In this document: positions 34,496-47,848 of the stretch, one piece after another
Position numbering within the stretch: position 1 is the first letter of the stretch
Layout: each line of letters starts with the position of its first letter
Assembly: GCA_035084275.1 (NCBI GenBank)
Contig: CM068745.1
Coordinates: 83,576,001 to 83,640,000, forward strand
Origin: Hydrolagus colliei
Lineage: Eukaryota
Length of the DNA: 64,000 nucleotides
Direction of reading: 5' to 3'
The notes under the pieces: model-generated
The model's database searches: none
What the model was told of the DNA's origin: nothing
The model's input: only the letters and a program-made list of their open reading frames with translations
Position numbers and translations under genes: made by a program

Positions 34496-36801
34496 AAGCT
34501 ACACAGCCTTATCACAGTGTTCATTCAATTCAAAGAGCTTCACATATACAGTACCGTACCGAAAAACGGAATTGGTTGATTATTTTGAAGGAAAAAAAAC
34601 TATTATCACGCAAAACGAGTACCATAATAACGTAAGTGACTGAACATCCCCACAGGCCTCAAATACACAAAGCCTCAACAGTTTAGAGTTGTTAACAATC
34701 TGACGTAAACAAGCGCTCACACAGCCAGGAATGAGGAAAACACAGGATTGCGGAATACAGTGCCCATCTGTAACACATTTGTGAGCAGACTTCAGCCGAG
34801 CATTACGTAAGCCACTCAACTGCTGGAGCTTTTTTGACATCGGGCTCCACTGTTGAATAAGTTTTGTATCCGGTGGTTTCCTTGAGGTTATTTCAGAGAT
34901 CAAATCCTTAGCTCTCACTGTGGGCTGCTAAATAGCCCTGCAGAGTTTTACATCACAGAAGGAGGTGAGTTGGCCCATCGGGTTCATTTGTCCGGCAATA
35001 AAAGTGAAGCTGACGCAAAGCTCGCTAACCAATCAAAAGAATGTGATGTTACCGGGTCAGAAAGAGATGCGTTTTGAAGTATAAACCAGATGGAAAAAAA
35101 TCATTGGTTCTGTGGACGCAGCCAGCACTGTATGTGAGTACGGGGAGTGTTACCGTCGGGACGCCGCTGTGCGCAATTGGCTGCCGCATTTCGCCCACAA
35201 ATATACAGTCAATTCACTTTCAGGTATATACTGCGAAGCGCTTTGAGATGAATAGAAGACGTGAAAATGCGCTATGTCAAATGCAAGGATCATTATTGCT
35301 ATTATTATCACCGCAGAGCAGTTGAAGTATATATAGGTAACTCCGCACCATTTTAGTTGCTGTGTGATTCAGTGTAGAGCATGGATGACTTAAGCACAAC
35401 TTGTTAGGATTTAACCAGTGCGCATGATATGTTATTGACCATATTTGTCTAAAACTCAGTCCAACAAAAAAAAATACCGTAAAGTATCATTTTATGGACT
35501 GAACACTGTATGTGTAAGGTACCACAGGAAACAATTTCGCCTTTTGGAGTCCACTAAAGAGGATTTAGCACCTCTGAAACCTTCCGCCATCGCACAGCTG
35601 GAATAGGAACGCAAATCCAACCGTGGAGACCCTCTATAGCAAACCATCACTGGGTTATTTCAGTCTGTGTTCTACCCTTTCTTCACCTTTTGATCCTTGG
35701 CAAAGGAACGTTGGAAATATCTGACTCAGGCTGGTAATCCGCCTCCTTCCATCAACGGGAAACACTGTACTGCGGCTTGCGGGCCCCCTTCATTTCAATC
35801 TTGAGTGTGGTTTGGAAACACAGACCTACCTCGGAGCTTCAAATTCCAGTCCAGGCTGTGTCTTTCCTGTATCTTTGCTGAACCATCTGGATATGTGCTG
35901 GTGAGCAATGGTCTGTAAATTTTAATTCTTCTCTCTCTCTGCCCACGCTGTGTCGTCACAATTGCAGCAGTGTCTTGACTGATAGCAAGATGGTGTGACG
36001 TGGTGGTGGGGTTTGGGCGGGGGGGTTGGGGGGTTGGGGGGTTGGGGGGTGGGGGGGCAGGAGGTCGAGGAGGCGGGATGGGACAGGACGGAACAAGACG
36101 GGATGAGGTGGTGTGCAGAGTGTGAGGGGTGGAGAGGGTTCTCCTTCGGACACAGTACTTAATTAGATCTGATCTCGTTCGGTTTTAGTGGAATCTCGTT
36201 GGAAATCAAAACCACAGAAGTAAGTTGTTCTTCACAAACTCTATTGCCTTTTTCCCTATTTTAAAAAATCTGTTTTAGTTTATTCGACTGTGCTCTGATC
36301 TCCTGATCCTGATGTTGTGGTTTACAGTAATTTTTCATGTTTGGATTGCACGCATTCTATTGCTTTACCAGGTTGGAGGTCCATGTTGTCCACATTGGAG
36401 CTCCTTTTCACCTCCAGCGCTGAGTCTCAATACAGTTTGGAACTCCACCCTAGAGTCCCTCCCTTCACCTCACCCCCTCCCTTTTAAAGCTCACCTTTAA
36501 GACCTTTCATTTCCACTGAACTTTTGATCAACTTTCCCTCCCCTCCCCCCCCCCCCACCACACGCATACATACATTTTTTCTCAGCTCATCCCATCCTCA
36601 GCTTGGGCTCACTGTTCGTCGTGAATGCGCTGCGATGTGAAAAGTGTTAGACGGACTGACGGAAATTCCTTGTCGTACTTGTCCCCAGAAAACCTCTTGC
36701 CTAATTTGGGTGCCTCGTTAGGATTATAATAAACAATAAATTTATCCCTCGTAGCAATATACGGATGGTCAGTCTCATTGTCTTACTACAGTAATAACCT
36801 T

Positions 36802-37180
36802 AATAATAATAATAATCCTTGCATTTGATGTAGCGCTTTTCATGTCTTCTAGACTGTGTCTCAAAGCGCTTCACAGAATATACTGTAAAGTGGATTGACT
36901 GTATTTTTGTGGGCGAAACGCAGCAGCCGATTGTGCACAGCAGCGTCCCCCACACAAACAGTCGTGGGTTAAAATGTACACTTTTATTATTGGGAGTTCT
37001 TTTTTTGAGGAACTATTATTAGGCGTGTGTGTGTGTGTGTGTGTGGTGTGTGTGTGTGGTGTGTGTGTGTGTATATAGTAAGGAAACTTGCCCAAAGTTT
37101 CGCCCTGACCTGACTGGATTCGAACACAGGTCTCAGACTTGAAAGGCAAGCGCTCTAACCACCGATCTGCAGGAGCTCCT
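36802..37180 (-). mobile_element. tRNA-derived Deu-core SINE with internal (GT)n
   Basis: Same family motifs. Confidence 0.85.
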
Positions 37181-39844
37181 TGTACTGAGATTAGCAACTG
37201 CACCATAGAGATGAAGTGAAAGCTATCGTGACGTTACTTAGGTGTACCCTGGCTCAGTTGTTTGGACTCTCTCCTCTGACTCAGAAGGTTAGGGGCTGAA
37301 CCCCTATGGAAGAGACTTTGAAATCCTATTCTACGCTGACCTTTCCCGGCAGTGCTGTGGGTGAGCTGTATTGCTGGACTGTGCCACCCTTTACACCTGA
37401 TGTTAAACCGAGGCCAAATCAGTTTGACGTTATGCTCGGCCAGCAATCCCACGCAAATATAATGATCACTCATGTCATGGCTGTTTATGGGGCATTGGTG
37501 TGCGTGAACGGGATGTAATTGTATTATTATTTGATCGTAATACAGTTGAGTATTTGATAATCTAAGGACCAGCGTAATACTTGGCTCAGAGCTTAGTTGT
37601 AATTTAAGCAGTTCAATGATTTATTGGATGTAATCGTTGAACGGATTGGGAATTGATTCCGCATCCATCAGTCAGAGGTTATCTTTGTAAAGCGTAAAAC
37701 ACGTTGACTTCTGAACTGCAGGAAATTATTCCGTTGTTTTTTAAACAAAGTTACATCGCTGTGTCTGACAAGCTAATTTGGGAATTACTGAGGTAGGTAG
37801 CTTCAGCGAGAACATGACTGTGATCGCATTTAGCAGAAGTCCAGGACTGGAATAAAAACCCATTTCTAATAATAGCAAGAGGAGGTCAGACTTACTTTGA
37901 AATCCATCCATCTCTCTTTGCCCAATAAAAAGCCCAGGTTTAAAAACATGTTGAATTAACACGTCCATAAAGCAGAGCCCGAGTCAGAGGCAGGCGCCGG
38001 AGCTCACTCTGCCATGAAGGCCAATAGAAGCGAGGTGAGATTCCTGTTTCCACACCATACGGCCAAATATTTTCTCTCGATGATCACACGTAAACACTGA
38101 TTGTCGGTGTGGAGGGAGGAAATGTTTTGAAATACACATTGCAAAGGGCTACTGTTATTTAGTGCATACAAGCGGCTGGAATGGCCCGGTCTCCTGTGGG
38201 GTATTTTGCCAGCAACAAGACTGTGACAGCGGAGTCTCATATTTGGTAAAGGAATCAATTGGGAATCTTAGTCCAAAATCAGCCCGTTCCTGGCACTGGG
38301 CTGCGATCCGTTAAACTGCAAAAACAACAGTGTATCTCGATGAGAGATGGGGGTCTCTAAATTTCACTGCTGTTTAAACCGAATTGGCTGTTCGCAGCTA
38401 GGAGTTGTCCACAACGATAACCCTTGCATTTATTGTAGGGCTTAAAACATTGAAAGATCTTAAAGCGCTTTGCTGCCAGGTAACTATTGTCAAATACAGT
38501 GACTGTTTTTATCGGCAAAATATCGTTCGTCACAGTTCTAAGTCCTACCTAATATCTCATTCATTTGCAGAACTACTAGTTGCATAGGTTAACAATCACT
38601 GATTATCTGGTGAGGGTGTGTGAGACAGAGAGGGAGAGGTACGCACCAAAATAATAAAAATAAGAACATCTCAAAGCCCTTCAGAGAATTTACTGCACAA
38701 ATTGACTGTACATTTGTGGGCGAAACATGGCAGCCAATTGCGCACAGCAGTGTTCCCACAAACAGTGGTGGATTCAAATGACCAATTTAAACAAACAAGA
38801 CAGATAGACAGACAGATAGATAGACTAGAATGTATTGATTGCTGCTATGAAGTGATGCCTCGGCAGTTCTGAGTGAGGCCAGTAGATGCCGTGTTACCAG
38901 CAGAGAGCTGGAACTCGAGAGTTACAGACAACACACAGTGAAAGGGAGGGGTTAGCCCTGAATCCTAACAGTCCACAGTCAGACATGGTCCCTGCTTGAT
39001 GATCATGGACTGATGGCATGTGTGTAGACACACAGAGCGAGAGAGAGGGGGGAGGGGGGAAAGAGAGCGAGAGAGAGAGAGAGAGATCAAGCCCAAAGCT
39101 CAAACTTTACACCGACCCAACCCAACCAGCTTTGAAGATGAAGGTGCAGGAAAGATGCATTTGATGACCTGAAAAGCGAAAGCCTCAGGGTAAGGTGCAG
39201 GAGCCACTGTTATACTGGGGTCTGTAAAGTATCAGTTTGCAGTTAGATGCAGCTACCTGTGTGCGCGTGTGTGTGTTTAATATGGTAACTGGTGTTTACC
39301 TGACCATGATATGAAGCAGGAATACCACCAGCTGCTTTATTTTCTTAAAAAATAAATCTGTGAATTAGTTGCGACGATTTACTTGTTATTACGCTCCAAT
39401 TGCCTTGAACTTTAATGTTGTTTGATGCCCAGAGCAATGGGTTACTGGCTGCAGACGAGGAAGTCCTTCTCTCTCTCTCTTTCTCCCCCTCGCTCTCCCA
39501 GCAGTGACTTACAAAGCACAAAACTGATGAAAACCCAATCTTTTTTGAGGCTCTAGCCCTCGGTTATCGTTCAGGACAGAGTTTACTGCAGGTTGATGCA
39601 GGACTGACTTTTTCCCAGGTCAGAAGCATCCTGATCCCATGTCTAGAAGATCACAGATGTTGTTCCATGGAATTCCCTACGGATTTTCCCATATCTGCTG
39701 TCTGCCAAGTGTCTCCACGCTGTGAGATTGGACTTCTGTGAAATTTCGTGAGATAAATTGAAGCTTTTTCCTCCCAGCAATTTCCACGTGGGAGCCAGTT
39801 CATGCTGAAAGTGAGTGTACAGGATCCTATACTTACAACAGTAA

Positions 39845-40138
39845 CCCTTGCATTTGATATGGTTCTTTTCACGTCTTCTAGACGTCTCAAAGCGCTTCGA
39901 GGAATATACTGTAGAGATAGTTGACTGTATATTTGTAGGCGAAACGCGGCAGCTCATTGCGCACAACAGTCTCCCCACAAACAAGCGAGGCTTGAAATGG
40001 CCAATTTATTATTGTTTTTTTTCGAGGGATTATTAACAGGCGTGTGAAGTAAGGAAACTTGCCCAAGGAAACTTCCCCTGCCTGGAATCGAACCCAGGTC
40101 TCTCTCTTGCAAGGCGAGTGCTCTAACCACTGAGCTCT
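39845..40138 (-). mobile_element. tRNA-derived Deu-core SINE
   Basis: Same family motifs. Confidence 0.85.
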
Positions 40139-40661
40139 GAGACGCTGTTCAGCGTGGAGGGCGCTATATAAATCCAAGTTGTTGTTGTTGTTGAGCTATG
40201 GGATTCTTTGTCTAGAGTGTTCAGTTGGGTATCTGAACAGAACACATTTTAATATGATTAAGTCAAATACTACATATGCTGGAAACCTGAAACAAAGGTA
40301 CAGTATTAAGGTGACTTTAATTAAAGACGCCTTAATCCTTTTGTTTCAGATTAATTAACGGTGCCTTTAATAAATCTTAATAGATAAGATTAGAATTTGT
40401 TAGTGGCACTCTATTAGTTGATGAATATATTTTCCTTAACTCCATACTTTTCATGCAGTATAAATCATAATTTAGTAACAGAGGGAATGAGCATCAATGG
40501 AGAGAGAGAAGAAATAAATCTCTCTTGGTTACTCATTTCATGGCAATTTGTGGAATATAGCTGCTGTATTCGCCTAGAAAAGCAAAGTCACTACAACTCT
40601 ACATTGTATCCTGTGAAGCGCTTTGAGACATCTTCCCTCAAATGAAAGGTATTATACCAGA

Positions 40662-40965
40662 TAATAATCCTTGCGTTTGATATAGTGTTTTTCATGTCTT
40701 CTAGCCGTTTCAAAGCGCTTCACTGAATCGACTATTTAGTGAACTAACCGTACATTTATGGGCGAAACATGGCAGCCAATTGCACACAGCAGTGTCCCAC
40801 AAACAGTCGTGGATTGAAGTGACCAATTGATTACTTTTTTTTTCTTGAGGGATTATTATCAGGCGTGTGGAGTAAGGAAACTTGCCCAAGGTTTGGCCCT
40901 GGCGGGAACCAAGCCCAAGTCTCTCGCTTGCGAGGACAGTGCCCTAACTATTGAGCTCGAAGACT
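40662..40965 (-). mobile_element. tRNA-derived Deu-core SINE
   Basis: Same family motifs. Confidence 0.83.
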
Positions 40966-41844
40966 CCACATCTACTGGCACAGTGCTTACCTATTGTACC
41001 CAACGGGTTTCCACCTATTGTCACAAGTACGTTGCTTCTGGCTTGGCTCTGGTCTGCTTTGGAGGCTTTGCCAGATTTTAAGCCGAGAAAGAATAGCGGG
41101 AGAAACACGAGTGGAATGACAGGCACTGGGAAATTAATTAGTCAAAACTTGGCTTCACAGAAAGAGCAGGATGGGAGGCCAAGCGAAGTTCCGGCAAATA
41201 TTTGTACAAGCAATTGACTGAAGGAAACAGTTGGTATTTCAATATAAAATGCCAAGCTGTCATTTGACACATACTTTCAAGTTTCTACAAAATTGCATTG
41301 CTCTCCTTTGGAAATGACAGTATTTTCATCGGAGCTAAAGCTTAATTGCAGCACAAAAATGAGTTATTCCAAACAGTATGTAAATACTGCGATTATCTTC
41401 CAAACACGGTTTAATTAGAAACTACAATACGAAAACTCCAACACTAATTTAACGTGCAAAGAATATGGAAACAGTGGTTAGGTTAAATAGCAATTTCCCT
41501 TTCTTAGAAGTCAATACTTTTGAGATTATTTTGTTTAAAAAAAAAGAAACAGATGTATGAATTTACCTTTTAATATTGTGTGAGTTCAACTAAGCTGTTC
41601 AAATCAGCATTCAAAGGAAAATATTATTTGTTCTCTCTCCAATCTTCCTTCCGTTGTTCTCTTCACAGCATTGATGTTTGAACACCTGCTTCCTATCTAT
41701 TGGTAGCTCAGCCAGTGTCCTAACCTTCACGTACAGACCTCGACAGTGAGTTTCAGCTGTAAATATTCAACTAACGCATTCAGGTGGTGATATGGTAGAA
41801 GTGTTTAAGGCAAAGAATTAATTAATACGCGAGAATTAATCGTG

Positions 41845-42195
41845 AAAACCGTTAGAACACTTGACTCACAAAAGAGAGACCTGGGTTAGATTCGGGCAAA
41901 AAGTTGTCCAAGTTTCCTTGCTCCCCACACCTCTGTTTACCTGGCAGTAAGTAGGAACCCAGTTGTCAGTCGATTGGCAGATCGCTTTTCTGGGGGGTAA
42001 TAATTCCTTCAAAACAAATCAATAAATTGATCGCTAACCCATGACTGTTTGTCAGACCCTGCAGTGCGTATTTGGCTGCCGCGTCTCGCCCACAGATATC
42101 GAGTCAATTACACTTTATACTGAATTCTGTGAAGCGCTTTGAGACATTGTGAAGATGCGATAAGGGCCTAAATCAAATGCAAGAATGATTATTAT
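41845..42195 (+). mobile_element. tRNA-derived Deu-core SINE, longer subtype
   Basis: Has the extra AGTAAGTAGGAAC...GATTGGCAGATCGCTTTT segment also seen at about 11200-11460 and 50360-50727. Confidence 0.78.
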
Positions 42196-43199
42196 AAAGT
42201 AGAGTTGATCTGGGAACTTTAAAAAGCTGGCATGATATAGCACCGTACTTTGTTCCCTCCACAGCCCAGATATCAGTCACTGAAAGGGATGTTTACTAAA
42301 TTCTGAGTGACCAGTTCTCCACACATGTTCCTATTTATCTTTGCTCTTTTGCTTGTTGCAAATTCCCCATAGCAGCCAGACTATGTTCTCTGGCACAGAA
42401 TTTATTTTGCAAAGGAAGAATTTGTAAATCCCAATGGACTGATTGGTAGAATTTTTGTTTGAGATTCTGGCACTGAAGGTTTACAAAGTGAATGGTGAAT
42501 GAGTCTAAGGAGTTAAAATTTTCCTGGCCATGGAGAGAGCAAAGTCCTTTGCAGTCATACTTTTAACCGTTTCGCCTACAAATTAAAGTCAATTCACTTT
42601 ACGCTATCTTCTGTGAAGCGCTTTGAGACGGCTAGAAGACATGATAAGGCTCTATATCAAATGTGAGGATGTTTAGATTATTCCTTGTCCATAATGATAA
42701 TAAATAATAATCTTTGGTCGTGATAGTAGCTACTTATCAGATCTTCAGGCACCTCAAACCGCTTCATAGAATATACTGCAAAGTGACTATATTTTTGTAG
42801 GTGAAACGCGACAGCCAATTGCGCGCAGCAGTGTCCCAAAAACAGTCGTGGATTGAGAGACCAAATTATTTCATTTCATAAAGTCTCTATATTTTTGAAG
42901 GGAAAAGCAATCCGCAAATCAACTATGATAAACCCCACAAATGACTTAACGTTTCCATGCTCGCATCCACTGTAGCAGCTCCTGCCCAAACATTTACGAG
43001 CTGCTAGAAATAACCACATTTGACCTCTGGCAGAACTATATTTACCATCCTTGGTATTCAGGTTGGCACACTCCACTGAGCCCAGCGTAATTCCAAGAAT
43101 AGCTTTACTAATTACTTCAAATGGTAATGCTTTGTATTCTGAAATGATTACATGTGAGATAATGTGTGCCTGGGAGCAGTGTTACTGGCCGCTAACATA

Positions 43200-43692
43200 A
43201 TAATAATGATAATAATACTCATCATCCTTACATTTGATAATCGCACCTTATCAGGTCTTCTAGACGCCGCAAAGCGCTTCACAGAACATATTGTAAAGTG
43301 AATTGACTATGATTTGCGGGTGAAACTCGGCAGCCAATTGTGCACAGCAGCGTCCCCACAAACAGTCATGGATTGAAATGACCAAGTCATTACTACGATT
43401 TTTTGAAGGAATTATTAGTCCCGGAAATGCAATCCACCAACTGACTAAACTGACTAGCGACTGGCTTCCCACTTACTGCTAAGTTATGGACAAAACACAA
43501 AATACGACAGATGCTGGAAATCTGAAACAAAAACAGAAGTTGCTGGGAAAGCTCAGCAGGTCAGGCAGCATCCATGGAGAGAGGAAAGTGAGTGAACGTT
43601 TCATCAGAACTGGACATTATGGAAACTTTCCCAAAGTTTTGCCCCGCTGTGAATCGAACCCAGGTCCTGCTCTGACCGCTGAGCTACAGGGC
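43200..43692 (-). mobile_element. Deu-core SINE interrupted by a Penelope-type repeat (about 43491-43613)
   Basis: SINE body at 43200-43480 and head at 43620-43692 flank the inserted repeat. Confidence 0.75.
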
Positions 43693-44549
43693 TGCGCTGG
43701 TGGGGGGTTCAAATCACATCATTGTCTGTCAACCTGTTTTGCAAAGTGCTGTTTGGGAGATTTAAGTCCCAACAATAATATTGTATTTGACTGAACCATG
43801 AAGCCAAGGCTTGACTGCTGTGTCAATACAATCAGTGGGATCCAGTGTAAGGGCTTCCTTTCACTTGTAACTGTTGTGTTAACCTTTTCCCATGTGAATT
43901 TGCATTATGTGAACACAATGACAATGTAACTGACCCAAGGAAATACAATGGGGGTGAGATGGTGGGGGGGTGGTGGTGGGGGGGGCAAAGGAAATTCTAA
44001 CTCAGTCTAAGTTTATTCTATTTATGTAGCATTTTGGGGAGTACAGAATTTGGCCATTTGTAATTTTGAAGCCAGTTTTTTCTGCAGTTTTTAAATACAT
44101 TTGATAGAAAATTGCCTTCAAAACAAAATCTGTGTTCAAGGATTTGTGAAATTCCGAACTCTCTGATCATGCTAGGGTCATGCTAAGACAATAAGAGTAA
44201 ATCTAGACCCAGCTCGAATTTCTACCCCAAATTCTTCGATTTGCCTTATTCTAGTGGTGAATTTGGGGGCACAGACAAGATTAGTGCTTAGTTTTGGTGA
44301 TGCCTCATGATGTAGTGCTCTAGCAACACTCTTGTGAGGACTCCTGTATAAATCATGGCCATTGGTTTGGGTTAGCAGAGGGTCAAACTGTGAAACCATC
44401 ACCCAGTAGAAAGATAAAATGATGTAAACCCCTTGAGGATGGAAGTACGTCAGAGATGGCGGTGGGTGGGTGGGGTGGGGGGGTTGTTAACTTAAAGTGG
44501 CTTCTACTGCATTAGTAGATTAGAAATGTCTCCTCTGGAATTCTAAAGG

Positions 44550-45050
44550 AATTAAGAACATAACAATCCGCGAGACGAACGAAGCCTGAGGTCCTTATCC
44601 CACTCTCTCTCACTGGGGACGGAAGCCACCCCCCCGTCAGCTCCTGTTAATCCTGCAGGCCAAAGCCCTAACGCTTAGGGTGGACAGTCCATCCGGTTCA
44701 CTTTCCTCCATCCTGTCATGACGTGATCCCAACTAATATATTGTATCCCAGGATATTATTTCCTAACAGAAATCTGTCTTCACTTGTTCTTGAAAGAATC
44801 AGCGCTCTGCTTCCACTGTGTCCACAGGGAGCCTGTCCGATGCGTGTGTTTGTTTGTAACCCGCACACTGAAGTAGTGTTTCCGCAAATTCGTTCTGAAT
44901 TTAGTTGTCAATCGCAGGCCGTGTCCTGTGGTTCTACTGTGCAGCACAAAATAATACATCCGATCAGAGCCTACAATATACATTTGATACATTTATCAAA
45001 CAGAATAGGTTCTTCGCCTCGTGTTGCGTATCTCAGTAGCAGAGTGCTCG
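44550..45050 (-). mobile_element. Degenerate CR1-type LINE 3' fragment
   Basis: TTGHGLRL...FRTNLRKHYFSVRVTN motif. Confidence 0.75.
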
Positions 45051-47391
45051 TGTGGCATAAAAGTGGCTTGACTTTTTTCTTTGTTTCATTCTTCCACGCA
45101 CCCACTTGTGCATTTTTTTTGAAGCAATCACCCCCATTACCTTGACTAAATGAGCCATAAGGCTCTCTGCGTCACACCATCTCCCGGGTGATTACTTGTA
45201 TTTCCCTATAAATTGTGTTTGAGAGCTTGTTAGAGCGTGACCACCCCTCCCCCACCACCCAATGTTTTCATGTCCCATGGCAGCCATAGAAAGATCACCT
45301 TCAGGTTTGAGCTGAGACAGTAGCTGCATTTCAGAAATTCACAATCCTCACACATCGTTGACTGGGGCCAAAGCACAAATATAATGGTGTTGGAACAAGA
45401 AAAATATATTGTAATACAGGTACATGTAATTAAATCACTCTCTCGTGCTGGTGCTTTCCCAATCCCAATGAGTTTTGCCTTTGGTAACTGTCCACATCTC
45501 CTCACCTTGGTAACTTTCCACATCTCCTCACTTTGTGTCACTTGAGAATTTGTGCAACGTAACTTCACGATAGCAATAGGACAAGAAAGGCATCTGCAGA
45601 ATTTTCTTCAAATCGTCACGGAATATGTTCGGTGTTTATCGAACATTCATTCCAAACAATAACTTGGGTCTGAAAGGCTGAAAGTGTGAACCTTATTGAA
45701 CTTCGAAGGATAACTAGCCAGGTTCAGATGAAGAAGATTATTCAGCCCATTTGAATATGGAATATTCGCTCTATGCTCTTCCCATTCGGGCATCAAACTT
45801 TGTTTTGCATGCATCCAGTGCTCTGACCGACCCATTCCAGCTCCGATTATCCTTTGCATAAAGAAGTAAAATTTCCCCTTGAGTCACTAAATCTATGAAA
45901 CAGAGATTTGAAGTGAAAGGCAGAGGCTATTCTGCCCATCATTTCTCTATCGTTGCTTCGTGCTGGTTTTCAAATCACCTTTTGTATTAATCCCATTGTC
46001 CAGCTCTTTCTTTTGTGCTTTCTTGCTCCACGGCCTTGAAGTAACTGAAAGTACAGTATTCTTCGTGAGTTTACTTATCAACAACAAAAACTTTGACTTG
46101 CATTCACATATCACCCCTCATCCAGGGTAGCAGCCCATTTAACTCTAACACTGTATCCCATTTAACATGCCTTTCTGAAAGACGTGATGTCAAATGCAAG
46201 GATTATAATTGTTTTATTTGATAAACCTATCGCTAAACTGTGGAAATTACATAAGATTATTTATTTATTTTTAAAACTGGTGAGACCGGAAAGATTTTCT
46301 TTCCTCAAAACATTGCGCTTGTGAAGGTGGAAGCTGGTTTGAGGCAACGTTATGTTGATTATTGCCAGATGATAGTTGGCTGAATTTCAAAGTGGGAGGA
46401 GGAGGGTGGCTGAGTGGGTTTAACAAGATACTCACAACATATCCGGGAAGGAGTTACGTACTAATAGCGACCGCTAGTGTATCATCACACCAACCCCTAG
46501 GAACTCTGGAAGTAGATTGCCTCAGAGTGATTTCCTTCAGGTCAACAACAACAGAATTACATTGATAGAGCGCCTTTCAGGTTGGGAGGACGTCCCAAGG
46601 CGCTGAAAGGTCAGTAAATACTCTTACAACAGTTTCCCTAGGGAAAGCCTATTGTGTTACAAATTAATATCTCAGGATATGGTACAGAGTTTGGGACTGG
46701 CAATATGCATGCGACTGCCAGGGTCATTATAAAATACTGTAATCCTTGTATTTGATATAGAACCATCTCGCGTCATTGAGAGTGATTCACAGAATATACC
46801 GCCAAGTGAACTGACTGTGTATTTTGTGGGCGAATTGATGGTGGACAGCGAAGTGGATCGACCTTGGTTGGCTTTCACCGAGCAAATTCTTATGTTCTTA
46901 CAGCTTCAAAATATAGACTCCAGTTTGTCTTTGTTTACCGACAGGATCACATTATTAACTATCATCCACAACATTACCATGCTGTCACGTTAGCACTCTG
47001 GTCAATTCAGCGAAAATAGCACTCTCACCTCAGAGTCAGAAGTTTGTGAGTTCAAAGATCCCAAGTTGGGGCCATGACAAATCCGCTTCACCCTCTTACA
47101 CGCCTCCCCTCAGACAGTCTTTGAGTGATGTCAGCAGTGATCGTGGAGAAATTCATAGTCTTGACCGCTCCATGTTTCCACTGAAGGAGTTTGTGCGTAG
47201 AGGTGAATGGTTTCAATTGGGGGCGGGAGGGAGGGAGGTAGGTAGGGAGGGATGGGGGCGGGAGGTTGGGGGTAAATAGAGAGGGAGGAGAGAGCTGAGT
47301 ACAGTTTTTTTTTAAGTATTTTTTTTTACATTTTCAAACTTGCAAGTTTACTATACATACAGAATTCATGCCTTTTTGTTTTCCCTCAAAG

Positions 47392-47651
47392 GTACCTGTC
47401 AACATGGAACCAGGATGAACGGTGTTTGCGTCACCTTTTGGTCCGTGCTGTCAACTCGTTCTGAGATGGAAGACTTCAAGGGAAAATCGTTTTTCATCTC
47501 GCAAAGGTTCGACAACAGAGTCAGCCCCCATCATTACAGAGACAAGCAAAAATCCTCAGACCTTCGTCTCTAAGAGAACTCGTTGTTGGAAGTTGAACGC
47601 TTTGATTGGCAGAAGGCATCGGGGGCCGAGGTGGGGACAGAGGGCTGTACA
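47392..47651 (+). other. CASR: Predicted 5' UTR part of the first coding exon of CASR
   Basis: Acceptor CCTTTTTGTTTTCCCTCAAAG|G lies 260 nt upstream of the ATG. Mammalian exon 2 carries a UTR of similar length. Confidence 0.6.
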
Positions 47652-47848
47652 ATGGGGCGACACCACTGTGTACTCTTAATCCTCGGATTTACTCTTCTTC
47701 AATCTTACTGTGTCTCGGAATACGGTCCCAACCAAAGGGCACAGAAAAAGGGAGACATTATACTCGGAGGTCTCTTCCCGATACATTTTGGAGTAACTGC
47801 CAAGGATCAAGACTTAACATCTAGACCAGAAATGACAAAGTGCTTTAG
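47652..47848 (+). CDS. CASR: Calcium-sensing receptor, coding exon 1 (mammalian exon 2)
   Basis: Signal peptide plus [25 protein letters not shown]; AG|GTAGG, phase 2. Confidence 0.97.

Noticed and set aside
47583-47651. N-terminal extension of CASR implied by the ORF track
   Set aside because: It starts at a non-ATG codon; ATG 47652 begins a proper signal peptide.
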